Origin: an uncultured candidate division Zixibacteria bacterium
Lineage (GTDB): Bacteria; Zixibacteria; MSB-5A5; GN15; FEB-12
Assembly (NCBI GenBank): GCA_963806185.1
Contig: CAWDXE010000001.1
Location: forward strand, 896,001-960,000
Direction of reading: 5' to 3'
DNA length: 64,000 nt
Part shown: positions 19,570 through 30,902 of the stretch, piece after piece
How positions within the stretch are numbered: position 1 is the stretch's first letter
Layout of the letters: each line of letters starts with the position of its first letter
Notes under the pieces: generated by a model
The model's database searches: none
Told to the model about the DNA's origin: nothing
Seen by the model: the letters and a program-made list of their open reading frames with translations, nothing else
Program-made: the position numbers and the translations under genes

Positions 19570-22116
19570 CTAGATCTCGACCTTGCGCAGGCGCAGAGCG
19601 TTGGCAATGACCGACACGGAGCTGAGGCTCATGGCGGCTGCGGCAATCATCGGACTTAACAGGAGCCCGGTGAATGGATAGAAGAGCCCAGCCGCCAACG
19701 GCACACCGAGACTGTTGTAGACAAACGCCAGGAAGAGATTCTGGCGGATATTTCCCATAGTGGCGCGGCTGAGTTTTCGCGCGCGGACAATGCCGCGCAG
19801 GTCACCCTTCACCAACGTTATTTCAGCGCTCTCCATCGCGACGTCGGTGCCGGTCCCCATGGCGATGCCGACCTCGGCCTGCGCCAGCGCCGGAGCGTCG
19901 TTGATGCCGTCACCCGCCATCGCTACCTTCGCGCCTCCGGTCTGGAGGGACTTGATCGCCGCCAGCTTCTGATCCGGCAATACATCGGCAATAACCTGAT
20001 CGATACCCAGCTTTCGAGCCACCGCCTCGGCAGTTGTTTTGTTGTCGCCGGTGAGCATGACAACCCCGATACCGTCGTCGTGCAACTGGCGAACGGCCTC
20101 GGTGGAAGTGGCCTTGATCGGATCGGCGACACTGATAAGTCCGGCTGCTTTGTTGTCGACGAAGACAAACATGACGGTGTGGCCATCGAGACGAAGCTGC
20201 TCAGCCTTGTCTTGCAGGGGAGTGGAGATGGAAGCGAGTCCTTCGAAAAGACGGTAGTTGCCGAGAGCTACATCATGACCTTCGACCTCACCGCGCACGC
20301 CCTTACCGGCGATCGCTGTGAAACCGGCGATCGGTGAGAAGGTAACTGATTTCCTTTCGGCGGCGATGACGATAGCGGCGGCGAGCGGGTGTTCGCTGGC
20401 ACGTTCGAGGCTGGCGGCGAGGCGAAGCATATCGGTTTCGGTCCAGGGGAGTTCGGCGTGGATGGCGGCCAATTCCGGTTTGCCGACGGTGAGCGTGCCG
20501 GTTTTATCGACCACCACAGTGGTGATGTCGCGCATTGTCTCAATGGCGGCGGCATTCTTGAAGAGTACTCCCGCCTGTGCGGCACGACCGGCGGCCACCA
20601 TGATTGACATCGGTGTGGCCAATCCCAGGGCACAGGGGCAGGCGATGATGAGGACGGACACGGCGTTGACAATGGCATACGCAAGGCGTGGTTCCGGTCC
20701 GAAGAGCGCCCAGACAACAAAAGTGATCGCCGAGATGAGCATAACGGCAGGGACGAACCAGGCGGCCACTTTATCTGCCAGACGCTGAATCGGGGCGCGG
20801 CTGCGCTGAGCGTCGGCGACCATCTGCACGATGCGCGCCAAGAGTGTCTCGCTGCCCACCTTTTCGGCGCGAATGACCAATGTGCCGGAACCGTTGACCG
20901 TGGAGCCGACAATCTTGTCCCCGGACTGCTTTTCAACCGGGATCGGTTCACCGGTGAGCATGGATTCGTCGACTGTGCTGTGGCCGTCAATCACGAGTCC
21001 GTCGACCGGAATCTTTTCCCCTGGCCTTACGCGGAGAAGATCACCGGGGTGGACATGCTCGAGCGGGATATCCGATTCGGATCCATCGCTCCCAATTTTA
21101 CGGGCAGTCTTGGGCGCGAGCCCGAGCAAGGCACGTATGGCGGCGCCGGTGCGGCTGCGCGCACGCAGTTCCAGCACCTGCCCGAGCAAGACCAGGGTCA
21201 CGATAACGGCGGCAGCTTCGTAGTAGACACCAACCTCGCCGGCAGCGTTGCGGAAAGAGGCCGGAAAGATTCCGGGCGCGACAGTGGCAATGACGCTATA
21301 CAGATACGATACAGTCACACCGAGGCCGATGAGTGTGAACATATTCAGATTTCGACTTACCAACGATTGCCAGCCGCGCACAAAGAAGGGGAAACCGCCC
21401 CAGAGCACGACCGGCGTGGCAAGTATCAATTCAACCCAAATGCGATTGTGAGCCAGCCAACCGGGGAGCGAGTGCCAGAGCGGAGTCATGTGGAACATTG
21501 CGATAAACAGCAGGACAGCAGTCAGCGGCAGGCAGACCCAGAAGCGGAAAGACATGATACGCAATTCCGGATTTTCGGCCTCGTTCAGTGAGACTGTCAG
21601 CGGTTCGAGGGCCATGCCGCAAATGGGGCAATTGCCCGGACCTTCCTGGCGGATTTCGGGATGCATGGGGCAGGTGAAAATGGTCCCCTTGGGAGATTCC
21701 GGCGCGGTTTCGCGCGCGGCCTTGGGTACGAGATATCTTTGCGGTTCCAAAGTGAATTTCTTCCGGCATGAATCACTGCAGAAGTACCAGTCCCGGCCGT
21801 CGAGGCTCGCTTTGTGGCGAGTACTTTCGTCAACGGTCATGCCGCAGACTGGATCGACGTGTTCCTGAATGGGAAGAGCAGTCGCGGGAGTGTGGCGCTG
21901 GAGCTGGACCATCTGCGGACTGCCGTGCATTTGGTGTCCGGATTGATCGTGTGACTGCTTCCGGTTCAGGAATGACTCCGGATTGGCGGCAAAGCGCTCC
22001 TTGCAGCGAGCACAGCAGAAGTAATATGTCTTATCGTTATGCTTGTGCTGGTGTATGCTGTCAGGACTCACCGTCATTCCGCAGACGGGATCGATGTGTC
22101 CGGTATCTGGTTTCAC
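19570..22116 (-). CDS. copA: Cu(I)/Ag(I)-exporting P1B-1 ATPase with two YHS domains
   Basis: DPVCGM twice, [33 protein letters not shown]. Confidence 0.96.
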   Translation of the reverse strand: MKPDTGHIDPVCGMTVSPDSIHQHKHNDKTYYFCCARCKERFAANPESFLNRKQSHDQSGHQMHGSPQMVQLQRHTPATALPIQEHVDPVCGMTVDESTRHKASLDGRDWYFCSDSCRKKFTLEPQRYLVPKAARETAPESPKGTIFTCPMHPEIRQEGPGNCPICGMALEPLTVSLNEAENPELRIMSFRFWVCLPLTAVLLFIAMFHMTPLWHSLPGWLAHNRIWVELILATPVVLWGGFPFFVRGWQSLVSRNLNMFTLIGLGVTVSYLYSVIATVAPGIFPASFRNAAGEVGVYYEAAAVIVTLVLLGQVLELRARSRTGAAIRALLGLAPKTARKIGSDGSESDIPLEHVHPGDLLRVRPGEKIPVDGLVIDGHSTVDESMLTGEPIPVEKQSGDKIVGSTVNGSGTLVIRAEKVGSETLLARIVQMVADAQRSRAPIQRLADKVAAWFVPAVMLISAITFVVWALFGPEPRLAYAIVNAVSVLIIACPCALGLATPMSIMVAAGRAAQAGVLFKNAAAIETMRDITTVVVDKTGTLTVGKPELAAIHAELPWTETDMLRLAASLERASEHPLAAAIVIAAERKSVTFSPIAGFTAIAGKGVRGEVEGHDVALGNYRLFEGLASISTPLQDKAEQLRLDGHTVMFVFVDNKAAGLISVADPIKATSTEAVRQLHDDGIGVVMLTGDNKTTAEAVARKLGIDQVIADVLPDQKLAAIKSLQTGGAKVAMAGDGINDAPALAQAEVGIAMGTGTDVAMESAEITLVKGDLRGIVRARKLSRATMGNIRQNLFLAFVYNSLGVPLAAGLFYPFTGLLLSPMIAAAAMSLSSVSVIANALRLRKVEI

Positions 22117-22541
22117 GATTTGGTTTTTCCTTTTCTTTCCGACAGAGTGATCCCTTCAGCCAACCGTTCCACTATCGGGCAGTGCCGGGTCGAAGTCGAG
22201 CGGGCGCAGCGATGGATCAGGTCCTGCATGGTGTCGCGCATGCGGGTCAGCCAAGCGATTTGTTGATCGATGAGCTCAACTTTTTCCTGAGCGATGCGGC
22301 GGATTTCGGCGCGATCGAGCAGGTCACCGTCGACGATGGCCAGCAGGTCGCGGATCTCTTTCAGACCGAAGCCGAATGTTTGCGCATTCTTGATGAAGAT
22401 CACCCGCTTGAGGTGATCATCGGTGAAAGTCCGATACCCGCCATGGGTTCGATTTGGCAGCGGCAGGAGACCTTCGCGCTCATAAAAGCGAAGGGTTTCC
22501 TTGTTTACTTCAGCTTTAGTGGCCAGTTCGCCGGTAGTCAT
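22113..22541 (-). CDS. MerR-family metal-responsive regulator
   Basis: [23 protein letters not shown]-terminal C-X8-CP; 4-bp overlap with copA. Confidence 0.93.
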   Translation of the reverse strand: MTTGELATKAEVNKETLRFYEREGLLPLPNRTHGGYRTFTDDHLKRVIFIKNAQTFGFGLKEIRDLLAIVDGDLLDRAEIRRIAQEKVELIDQQIAWLTRMRDTMQDLIHRCARSTSTRHCPIVERLAEGITLSERKGKTKS

Positions 22542-22579
22542 CGCAACCTTTCTTACTTTCTGAGTTTGATGAATATAAC

Positions 22580-22601
22580 ACCCTGTACTATAGTACAGGG
22601 T
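22580..22601. promoter_or_regulatory. MerR-family operator, perfect 22-bp palindrome
   Basis: ACCCTGTACTA|TAGTACAGGGT just upstream of a TATATT -10 on the minus strand. Confidence 0.88.
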
Positions 22602-22746
22602 TCATATTTTTTTGGAATATTCTCACAGCGCAGCAAAGAGGCTTTTTGGCACAGGGGATCGCGATCGGGAAGAATCGAATTAGCTGTATTCTCCCGTTAA
22701 CTTGCTGTAATTTATCGATATAAGGGACTCGCTAGTCAGAGAATCT

Positions 22747-23442
22747 ATGGGTATCATAAGTCGAGCAACGCGCATAGTGAGACAGGCCGGCTTGACCGGC
22801 CTATTAATGAAGGGGGTGATTCTCGCTTATGACCGGTGGTTCGACTTCCGGTATGGAGTGGATACCTGCCGACGCCAATTGCTGAGCGAGATGAAGATCT
22901 CAAGCGGCAATCGGAAACACGGAAATAAGTACGAACCGAGCCGGGTTCTTCCGGTGAGGCGGTTTCTGAAAATGATCGCGCCTACTCTGCCCCAGCCGGC
23001 GGTGCTGGTAGATATAGGAAGCGGCAAGGGGCGGATATTGCTGATCGCCTCGCAATTCGGTTTTGCGTCGGCGACTGGGGTGGAGTTTGCCGAAGAACTT
23101 TGCGAAATCGCTCGCTCAAACTGCCGGATCATGAGTGAGTCGACCGGCACCTCAACGAAGTTTCAGATCGTACATGGGGATGCCACAGCATATCCCGTCG
23201 GTCAGACCGACAATACATTCTTCTTTTTCAATCCCTTTGATGATGTCGTGATGAAAGCGGTTCTGGAGAATATCACGGCGTCGGTTACGGCATGGCCACG
23301 CCGGATCGTGCTCTGTCTTTACAACCCGCCGTCTACAGACATAATTGATCGATCACCAGCGTTCACGAAAGACAACGAGTTCACGATCCTCGGCTACCAC
23401 TTTATCATCTACGGCAACCGGTCCGATTCGATTCAGTCCTAG
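22747..23442 (+). CDS. Class I SAM-dependent methyltransferase
   Basis: LVDIGSGKGR, GVEF, GDA, FFFNPF. Confidence 0.85.
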   Translation: MGIISRATRIVRQAGLTGLLMKGVILAYDRWFDFRYGVDTCRRQLLSEMKISSGNRKHGNKYEPSRVLPVRRFLKMIAPTLPQPAVLVDIGSGKGRILLIASQFGFASATGVEFAEELCEIARSNCRIMSESTGTSTKFQIVHGDATAYPVGQTDNTFFFFNPFDDVVMKAVLENITASVTAWPRRIVLCLYNPPSTDIIDRSPAFTKDNEFTILGYHFIIYGNRSDSIQS

Positions 23443-23447
23443 AAGAC

Positions 23448-25283
23448 TCAGCGCTTGCGGAAGAGCAGCAAGCCCTCGACATAATTTACCCGCAGTGATT
23501 CCGGATAGGCGGTGCCTGACACCTGCTGTAAGACGATCGAGATATCGTAGTTTCTCGACGAGGCAGTGAGGGTCAGGCTGTCTCTGGGCATGGAGACCTC
23601 GCCCCCGCGTTTCTTCAAATTGGACAGTGAATCGGAAAGGGCAATTTCCAGCCACTCGCTCGTATCGGCGGCGCCGGAGCGGAAGTTGAGCTTGAGGATG
23701 CGGTCGAGAGTCGTGCTCATCCAGATACGACAGGTATCGGTGCCCAGGGGCACGGTGGTGGTGCTGTCGCCCTTGGTGAATTCCCATCTGGGTTTCAGGA
23801 AGGCGAGATAGTCGTAGTCGGCGATGGCCAAGACATCGTCGCTCCTGGCAGTAACCGAGAAGTAGGTACCCTGTTCGGAGACAAAGCGAGGGTAGGTGAA
23901 ATCGAAACCGAGCAGGTGGCATAGACTGTCGTTCACGCCGGAATACCGCCCCATGGTGTCAAGCGGGGCAAGGTTGCTGTCGAGGAGCCATCGAGAAAAG
24001 GCGGAAGCGCCGTGCCAGTCGTTGAGATACATGACGATGGAACTCATCTCGTTGCGGTCGGCATCGGTGATTGCCCCGCCGGTGGTGTCAACCAGCTGAC
24101 CGGCGGTGAGCTTGTACTTGCTCAGGAATCCATCCAGGCGGTTGGCTTGACTGGACTGAGAAACGTGCAAAGCGCTCCACGGGCCGTAAGCGGCAAGTAG
24201 AGCGATAAGGCAAATCACCATGGGGATGCTGCGGATATCCTTCTTCTTGCTGATTACAAAGTAGAGAACCACGACGGCCAGACCGACCGCCATCGCGATA
24301 ACCAGGTACCGATTGACCGTGATGCCGTATTCGCTCGTGCGTTCGAGTACGGCGAAGAAAAGCATCACGACCAGCGGGATGAGCAGGCGGAAGAACCAAT
24401 TGGCAAACGTGCGGACCCATTTGTTTTCAGCCAACTGACGCAGCGGCCAGAGCAGGAGCAGGGAGAGTATGCCGACCACGGAGTACCAGAGGATCAGTTC
24501 CGACACCCATCCCTTGGGCCAGTTCCACTGGACGATGATCTTGGCTCCATAGACATAGAGTATGACCAGGTACAACCCCACCAGAGGGAGCAGAATGAAC
24601 TGGGCAAAGATTTTCAGGCCGCGCGGGTATTCGGCGACGTCGTCGAGGGACGAGAGGTTATCGGGAACGCCCGAAAGGAAAACCCAGGTATTGAAGAATA
24701 TGGCGATGATAGCCCAGAGCTTGAAATACATTTCCGGCTTGACGTCGACGCCAAACAACAGATCGAGGGCGGCCAAGGCTATGGCAAGGCCGACAAACAT
24801 GACGGCTGAGAAAAGTGCGGAAGTCAGAAAGCGCAGGAAGAGGGATTTGTTGTATTGCCAGAAGCCCTGGACCCGGTCGCCGCTGAGGTATGGCAGAAAG
24901 GCAACAAGAAAATGGCAGACAATAACAAGGAGGAGGAGTCTGACACCGTCGCCAAAATGCTGGGTGAGGTCGCGGGGTTGGGTTACGAAGTAGAGCAAAA
25001 TGAGCAGGAGACCGCCCACTTGCAAGACCAGGGTGGCCCCTCTCTTCCACTTCTTGTTTTCGGCGTAAGCAACCAGGGCGGTGAAAAGCGGAAGGCCAAG
25101 CGCGGCCAGGGACAATATGCGCAGGGTAATGAACCGGCTCGGATCGGTTTCATGGCCGATGAGCGAGACTGCCGACACGGCTCCCACCAAGGCGCTCAGC
25201 AGGGTGAACGGAAAGCGGATCGCCGCCTGCACTGCGGCCTTGTACAAAAAATCATAGGATGGAAATCTACCTAAAAACCTCAC
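23448..25283 (-). CDS. DUF4153 family polytopic membrane protein with soluble C-terminal domain
   Basis: RFPF, LPLVGLYLVILYVY, WPKG, YGITVNRY, YGPWSA; GTG start behind GGAGG. Confidence 0.8.
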   Translation of the reverse strand: MRFLGRFPSYDFLYKAAVQAAIRFPFTLLSALVGAVSAVSLIGHETDPSRFITLRILSLAALGLPLFTALVAYAENKKWKRGATLVLQVGGLLLILLYFVTQPRDLTQHFGDGVRLLLLVIVCHFLVAFLPYLSGDRVQGFWQYNKSLFLRFLTSALFSAVMFVGLAIALAALDLLFGVDVKPEMYFKLWAIIAIFFNTWVFLSGVPDNLSSLDDVAEYPRGLKIFAQFILLPLVGLYLVILYVYGAKIIVQWNWPKGWVSELILWYSVVGILSLLLLWPLRQLAENKWVRTFANWFFRLLIPLVVMLFFAVLERTSEYGITVNRYLVIAMAVGLAVVVLYFVISKKKDIRSIPMVICLIALLAAYGPWSALHVSQSSQANRLDGFLSKYKLTAGQLVDTTGGAITDADRNEMSSIVMYLNDWHGASAFSRWLLDSNLAPLDTMGRYSGVNDSLCHLLGFDFTYPRFVSEQGTYFSVTARSDDVLAIADYDYLAFLKPRWEFTKGDSTTTVPLGTDTCRIWMSTTLDRILKLNFRSGAADTSEWLEIALSDSLSNLKKRGGEVSMPRDSLTLTASSRNYDISIVLQQVSGTAYPESLRVNYVEGLLLFRKR

Positions 25284-25388
25284 GACTAATCCTCCTGGCT
25301 TGAGGTCTGCCGTATGATCGCCTGCCAGGGCAGGGAGTGTCAGCATAAAAATGCGGTTTCCCCGCAGGCGGCAGCGGGCAAGATCGCC

Positions 25389-25417
25389 TTGACAGGTACG
25401 GTCCGTTTGAGTACCTT
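25389..25417 (+). promoter_or_regulatory. sigma70-type promoter of carAB
   Basis: TTGACA-N17-TACCTT. Confidence 0.65.
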
Positions 25418-25480
25418 CGCGCGACCCTAGCGGACACTTTCTCACGAGGACATGCGGAAAAAAGAGGACTTCGACAGTCG

Positions 25481-26659
25481 ATGCTGCAGGTAATGCGCGA
25501 CGCCAAGCTGGTTTTGGAGGACGGTCGCGTTTTTTTTGGCCGACGGTTTGGCGCCCGGACCGACGCGGCAGGCGAAGTGGTCTTCAATACCGCCATGTGC
25601 GGGTACCAGGAAATTCTTACCGACCCCTCGTATGCCGGTCAGATGGTCGTGATGACCTACCCGCAGATCGGCAATTATGGGATAACTCGTGAGGACGCCG
25701 AGTCCGGTCGCCTCTATCTCAGCGCACTCATCGTGAAAGAACTCAGCCGCGTCGCCAGTAACTGGCGAGCGGCGATGACACTGCAGGAGTACCTGGAGGC
25801 CAACGGCATTCCGGGCCTGGAAGGGTTCGACACGCGCGCCCTGGTGCGCCACCTTCGCACAGCCGGAGCGATGCGAGGTGTAATTGCCGATGTCAGCGTG
25901 GATTCCGAAGCGCTTGCAGGGAGAGCGAAGGCCCACCCCTCGATGGCCGGGATTGATCTAGCTTCCACAGTAACCCTTGGCCGAACATACGACTGGAGTG
26001 AATCAGCGAGAGTACTCAATGGTCGGTGGCGACAACAGGATCTGTTTGCAGCCAGCGCCGCACCGAAACTTCACGTGGTTGTCTATGACTACGGCGTGAA
26101 GTGGAACATTCTTCGCTGTCTCATTCAGGAGGGGTGCCGGGTGACGGTGGTTCCTGCGACGGCGACAGCTGACGATGTTTTGCAGCTTCGCCCGGATGGG
26201 GTGATGCTGTCCAACGGGCCGGGCGATCCTGACCCGCTCAAGTACGCCATCAGCAACATTCAGGCTTTACTCGGCCGGGTGCCCGTGGGCGGAATATGTC
26301 TCGGGCAACAGTTGCTGGCACTAGCGGCGGGTGGAAAGACATACAAGCTGAAGTTTGGTCATCGGGGAGGGAATCATCCGGTGATCGACACGCACACACA
26401 GCAGGTACAGATTACGTCACACAATCATGGGTTTTCCGTCGACGCCGATTCATTGCCGGAGCGCACTGTCGAAATCACCCACATCAATCTAAATGATAAT
26501 ACAGTCGAAGGTTTGGCGCTCAGGGATGTGCCGGCCATGGCGGTACAATTTCATCCGGAGGCGGCGCCGGGGCCGCACGACGCGCACGACTTTTTCAATC
26601 GCTTTGTCGAAATGGCGGCGCACTGGCGCGAGGAGCATACCCATGCCCAAGCGCGCTGA
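25481..26659 (+). CDS. carA: Carbamoyl-phosphate synthase small subunit
   Basis: [33 protein letters not shown]. Confidence 0.97.
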   Translation: MLQVMRDAKLVLEDGRVFFGRRFGARTDAAGEVVFNTAMCGYQEILTDPSYAGQMVVMTYPQIGNYGITREDAESGRLYLSALIVKELSRVASNWRAAMTLQEYLEANGIPGLEGFDTRALVRHLRTAGAMRGVIADVSVDSEALAGRAKAHPSMAGIDLASTVTLGRTYDWSESARVLNGRWRQQDLFAASAAPKLHVVVYDYGVKWNILRCLIQEGCRVTVVPATATADDVLQLRPDGVMLSNGPGDPDPLKYAISNIQALLGRVPVGGICLGQQLLALAAGGKTYKLKFGHRGGNHPVIDTHTQQVQITSHNHGFSVDADSLPERTVEITHINLNDNTVEGLALRDVPAMAVQFHPEAAPGPHDAHDFFNRFVEMAAHWREEHTHAQAR

Positions 26660-29600
26660 TATCAACAGAGTACTGGTGATAGGTTCCGGCCCGATTGTCA
26701 TCGGTCAGGCGTGTGAGTTTGACTACTCCGGTACGCAGGCGATAAAGGCACTTCGATCCGAGGGGATTGAGGTGATCCTGATCAACTCCAATCCGGCGAC
26801 TATTATGACTGATCCGGAGCTGGCCGACCGGACATATATCGAGCCGCTGACCGTGGAGTTTGTGGAGCGGATCATCGCGCGCGACAAACCGGATGCCATC
26901 CTTCCCAGTGTAGGCGGGCAGACGGCACTCAATTTAGCGCTGGCTCTCCAGAAGGCGGGGGTGCTCGATCGCCACAACGTATCGCTCATCGGCGCAAGCG
27001 CGGAAGCGATCCGGGTGGCGGAGGATCGCGAACTGTTCAAGCAGGCGATGGTGGAGATCGGCCTTGAAGTGCCGCGCAGTGTCTTGATCGCGACGATGGC
27101 GCAGGCGAAAGCGTTCAGCCGTCATAACGGCTTCCCGGTCATCGTGCGGCCGTCGTTTACGCTGGGCGGCTCCGGCGGCGGGATTGCCTACAATCTGGAA
27201 GAGCTTGAGCAGATCGTCAATCGCGGCCTCGCCCTCTCCCCCGTCGGACAGGTGCTGGTCGAGGAATCGTTGATTGGCTGGAAAGAGTACGAACTTGAGG
27301 TGATGCGCGACTGCCGCGATAATTTCGTGGTGGTCTGCTCGATTGAGAATTTTGACTCGATCGGCGTGCACACCGGTGATTCTCTGACAGTCGCACCGGC
27401 GCAGACACTTACGGACAAGGAGTTCCAGCGGATGCGGGATGCCGCGGCGGCCATCTTGCGACGTGTCAAAGTAGAGACGGGCGGCTCCAATGTGCAGTTT
27501 GCGGTGAATCCGCACACTGGGCGGCTGGTGGTGATCGAGATGAATCCCCGCGTATCGAGATCGTCGGCCCTGGCCTCCAAGGCAACGGGCTTTCCCGATT
27601 GCGAAGATCGCGGCCAAGCTGGCAATAGGGTATACGCTCGATGAAATTCCGAATGACATCACCCGCATGACCCCGGCGGCGTTTGAGCCGGCGATTGATT
27701 ATGTCGTCACGAAGATTCCGAAGTTCGCCTTTGAGAAATTTCCCGGAGCCGATTCAGCACTGGGGATACAGATGAAGTCGGTCGGCGAGGTGATGGCGAT
27801 TGGACGAACGTTTAAGGAATCACTCTTCAAAGCGCTGCGATCGCTGGAGGCGGTGAAACCGTTTCGACCGGGTGAGATGACCCGGGAACAGATTACGACG
27901 GCGCTGGCCACGCCCAACGAGAATCGCCTGCACTATATCGTGCACGCGCTCGATATCGGGTGGAGTGTGGCGGAGATCAACCGGCTGACATTCATTGATG
28001 TCTGGTTTCTCGACCAGATCGCGCAGTTCGCCGAACTTCAACGGCAAATCCGAGGGCGCAAGCTGGCTGAGCTGTTGGACGGTGAGCTGCATCTCGCCAA
28101 GCAGTGGGGATTTTCGGACCGTCGCCTTGCCTACCTCACCGGTACCGACGAAGACTCGGTGCGCAAACGTCGTCATGCCGTCGGATTACGGCCGATCTTC
28201 AAGCGGGTTGACACCTGCGCGGGAGAGTTTCAGTCATTCACTCCTTACCTGTATTCCGCCTACGATGAAGAGGACGAGAGCGAGCCACAGCCGGGGCGCA
28301 AGATCATGATTCTCGGCAGTGGACCAAATCGAATTGGCCAGGGGATCGAATTCGACTACTGCTGCTGTCATGCCTCGTTTGCCCTGCGTGAAGAGGGAGT
28401 GCAGAGCATTATGGTGAACTGCAACCCGGAGACCGTATCGACCGACTACGACACCAGCGACCGCCTTTATTTCGAGCCGCTCACGCTTGAGGATGTGCTG
28501 GAGATATACGAAAGAGAACGGCCCGACGGCGTCATAGTGCAGTTTGGTGGGCAAACGCCGCTGAAATTGACGATGCCTCTGGCGGAGGCGGGGGTGACGA
28601 TTCTGGGGACGCCGCCTGACTCCGTGGACCTGGCGGAGGATCGGGAGCGGTTTGCGGAATTTTTGGATCGACTCGATGTGCCTCACCCGGCGCACGCCAT
28701 CGCGCGGACGATGGACGAGGGCGACGCGGCTGTGCGGATACTGGGTTTTCCGTTGTTGTTGCGGCCGTCGTATGTGCTGGGCGGACGAGGAATGGCGATC
28801 ATCTATGGGGCACAACAGTTGCACGCCTATCTGACCAAGGCGTTTGATGCTGCACCCGGACAAACGGTGTTGATTGACAAGTTTCTTGAGGATGCGTTTG
28901 AAGTCGACGTCGACGCCCTGGCGGATGGCCAGACCTGCATTCTGGCGGGAGTGATGCAGCATATCGAGGAGGCCGGGGTACACAGCGGCGATTCCAGTTC
29001 CGTCCTTCCGACCTACTTGATCGAAGAACGGCACCTGGTACAAATCAGGGAGATGACTCGGCTGTTGGCGCGGGAGTTGAAGGTTGTCGGGATGATGAAT
29101 ATCCAATACGCGATTGCCGAAGGTCAGGTGTATGTGCTGGAGGTCAATCCGCGGGCATCGCGAACCGTGCCGTTTGTCGCCAAGTCGACCGGGGTGCCAC
29201 TGGCGAAAATCGCGACCCGGCTGATGCTTGGTCATACGCTGGCGGAAATGGGGTTGACGGAGGACCTGACAGTCTCCCGCTTTTTTGTCAAGACACCGGT
29301 CTTCCCCTTCATCAAGTTTCCGGGAGTCGACCCAAAGTTGTCGCCGGAGATGCGTTCGACCGGCGAGGTTTTGGGGAGCGGCGACAATTTCGGCGTCGCC
29401 TTCTACAAAGCACAACTGGCGGCCGGGATTCGCTTGCCCGGTGACGGGGCATTGTTGATCAGCGTCAACGACCGCGACAAAAAGGGGATACTTTCCGTGG
29501 CCCGGAGATTTGCGGCCATGGGGTTCCGAATCCAGGCGACTGGGGGAACCGCATCGTTCCTGCAGGATATGGGAGTCCCGGTCGACAGTGTCCTCAAGGT

Positions 29601-29841
29601 GAGCGAAGGGCGGCCCAATTGTGTCGATGTCATCAAGAGCGGCGCCGTGGGACTGATCATCAATACGCCGCTGGGAGCAACGTCGGCCCGCGACGGCTGG
29701 GCGATCCGAACGGCGGCCATTCAGCATGGGGTCCCGTGCATCACCACGCTCTCAGGGGCGGCGGCAGCGGTTGAAGCAATCGCGGCGCTTCGCGAGCAGA
29801 GCATCTCGGTTCTTTCCCTCCAGGAAATCCACTCGTCATAG
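26643..29841 (+). CDS. carB: Carbamoyl-phosphate synthase large subunit; 1-nt insertion near 27594
   Basis: [46 protein letters not shown] domain. GGC TTT CCC G should read GFP IAK. Confidence 0.97.
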
Positions 29842-29861
29842 TTCAGATCAGCCGAAACGGC

Positions 29862-29890
29862 TTGTGATTCTCTCCGGCTGTATCTATATT
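29862..29890 (+). promoter_or_regulatory. Promoter candidate of the glycan operon
   Basis: TTGTGA-N17-TATATT. Confidence 0.5.
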
Positions 29891-29920
29891 CACGGCAACG
29901 ACTGAAACTCAATTGTTGAC

Positions 29921-30902
29921 ATGAAGCGCAGCTCGCAGAACCCGATTGTCACGCGCCACGATATCCCTTCAATCAGACCAAGCCTGGTCGATGTTTCCTC
30001 CGTGTTTAATCCCGGAGCCGTTTGCTTCGGCGACAGGATCCTCCTGCTCCTGAGAGTTCAGAACCGGGGGCGAGAAACCTTCCTCCTTCCGGCCACGAGC
30101 ATCGACGGCATAAGTTTTACCGTCGGGCGCCAGCCGGCGGTCTTCACCGGTATCGAGAAAATCAATCACCACGTTTATCACGTTTACGACCCACGGATTG
30201 TCCGCATAGAGGATTCCTACTACGTCACGTTCGCGATGGATATCGACGGCGGCTGCCGCATGGGTATCGCCCGGACGTCGGATTTCGCGACCTACGATAT
30301 TCATGGCGATGCCGTTCGATCACGATGCCCGTAACGGTGTGCTCTTTCCGGAGCGGATCGACGGCCAGTACGCCATGCTGAGCCGCCCGAATCTGAGGAC
30401 TATCGACGGTGGCGTGACCACCGGCAGCGTCATCGAATACGCCACGTCACCGGATCTGGTTCACTGGGAGCCGAAGGGCACGATGATGCAGGGGCGTTGG
30501 CACTACTGGGACGAATTGATCGGGTCGGGACCGTCGCCGATCAAGACACGGCATGGTTGGTTGCATATCTATCACGGGGTGGCGACACATTTTGCGGCGA
30601 GCAACATCTACCAGGCGGGCGTAGTACTGCTTGATCTGAACAATCCACAACAGGTGTTGGCGCGCAGTAGATACAATATCCTCGAGCCGCGCGAGCTGTA
30701 TGAACTGACGGGGCAGGTGCCGAATGTGGTATTCCCCACCGGTCTCGTTGCGAGAAAGACAGGTGCAAACGGTCTGGTCGAAGACGACACGGAGCTGCTG
30801 GTGTATTACGGTGCCGCGGATACGTGCGTGGGGATGGCGACGACAACCGTGCGGGAGCTGCTTGACGCGTGCGAACGGGTGCAAGAGAAACGGAACATAT
30901 GA
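29921..30902 (+). CDS. GH130 beta-mannoside phosphorylase (GH130_2-like); frameshift near 30298
   Basis: SVFNPGA, YDPR, RNGVLFPE, IGSGP, GWLHIYHGV, PNVVFP, YYGAAD; no signal peptide. Confidence 0.9.

Noticed and set aside
27585..27605. carB split as a programmed frameshift or pseudogene
   Set aside because: One extra C in a short run, both halves fully conserved, and similar indels in rbsA, rbsB, msrAB and GH130. Sequencing error is the simplest explanation.
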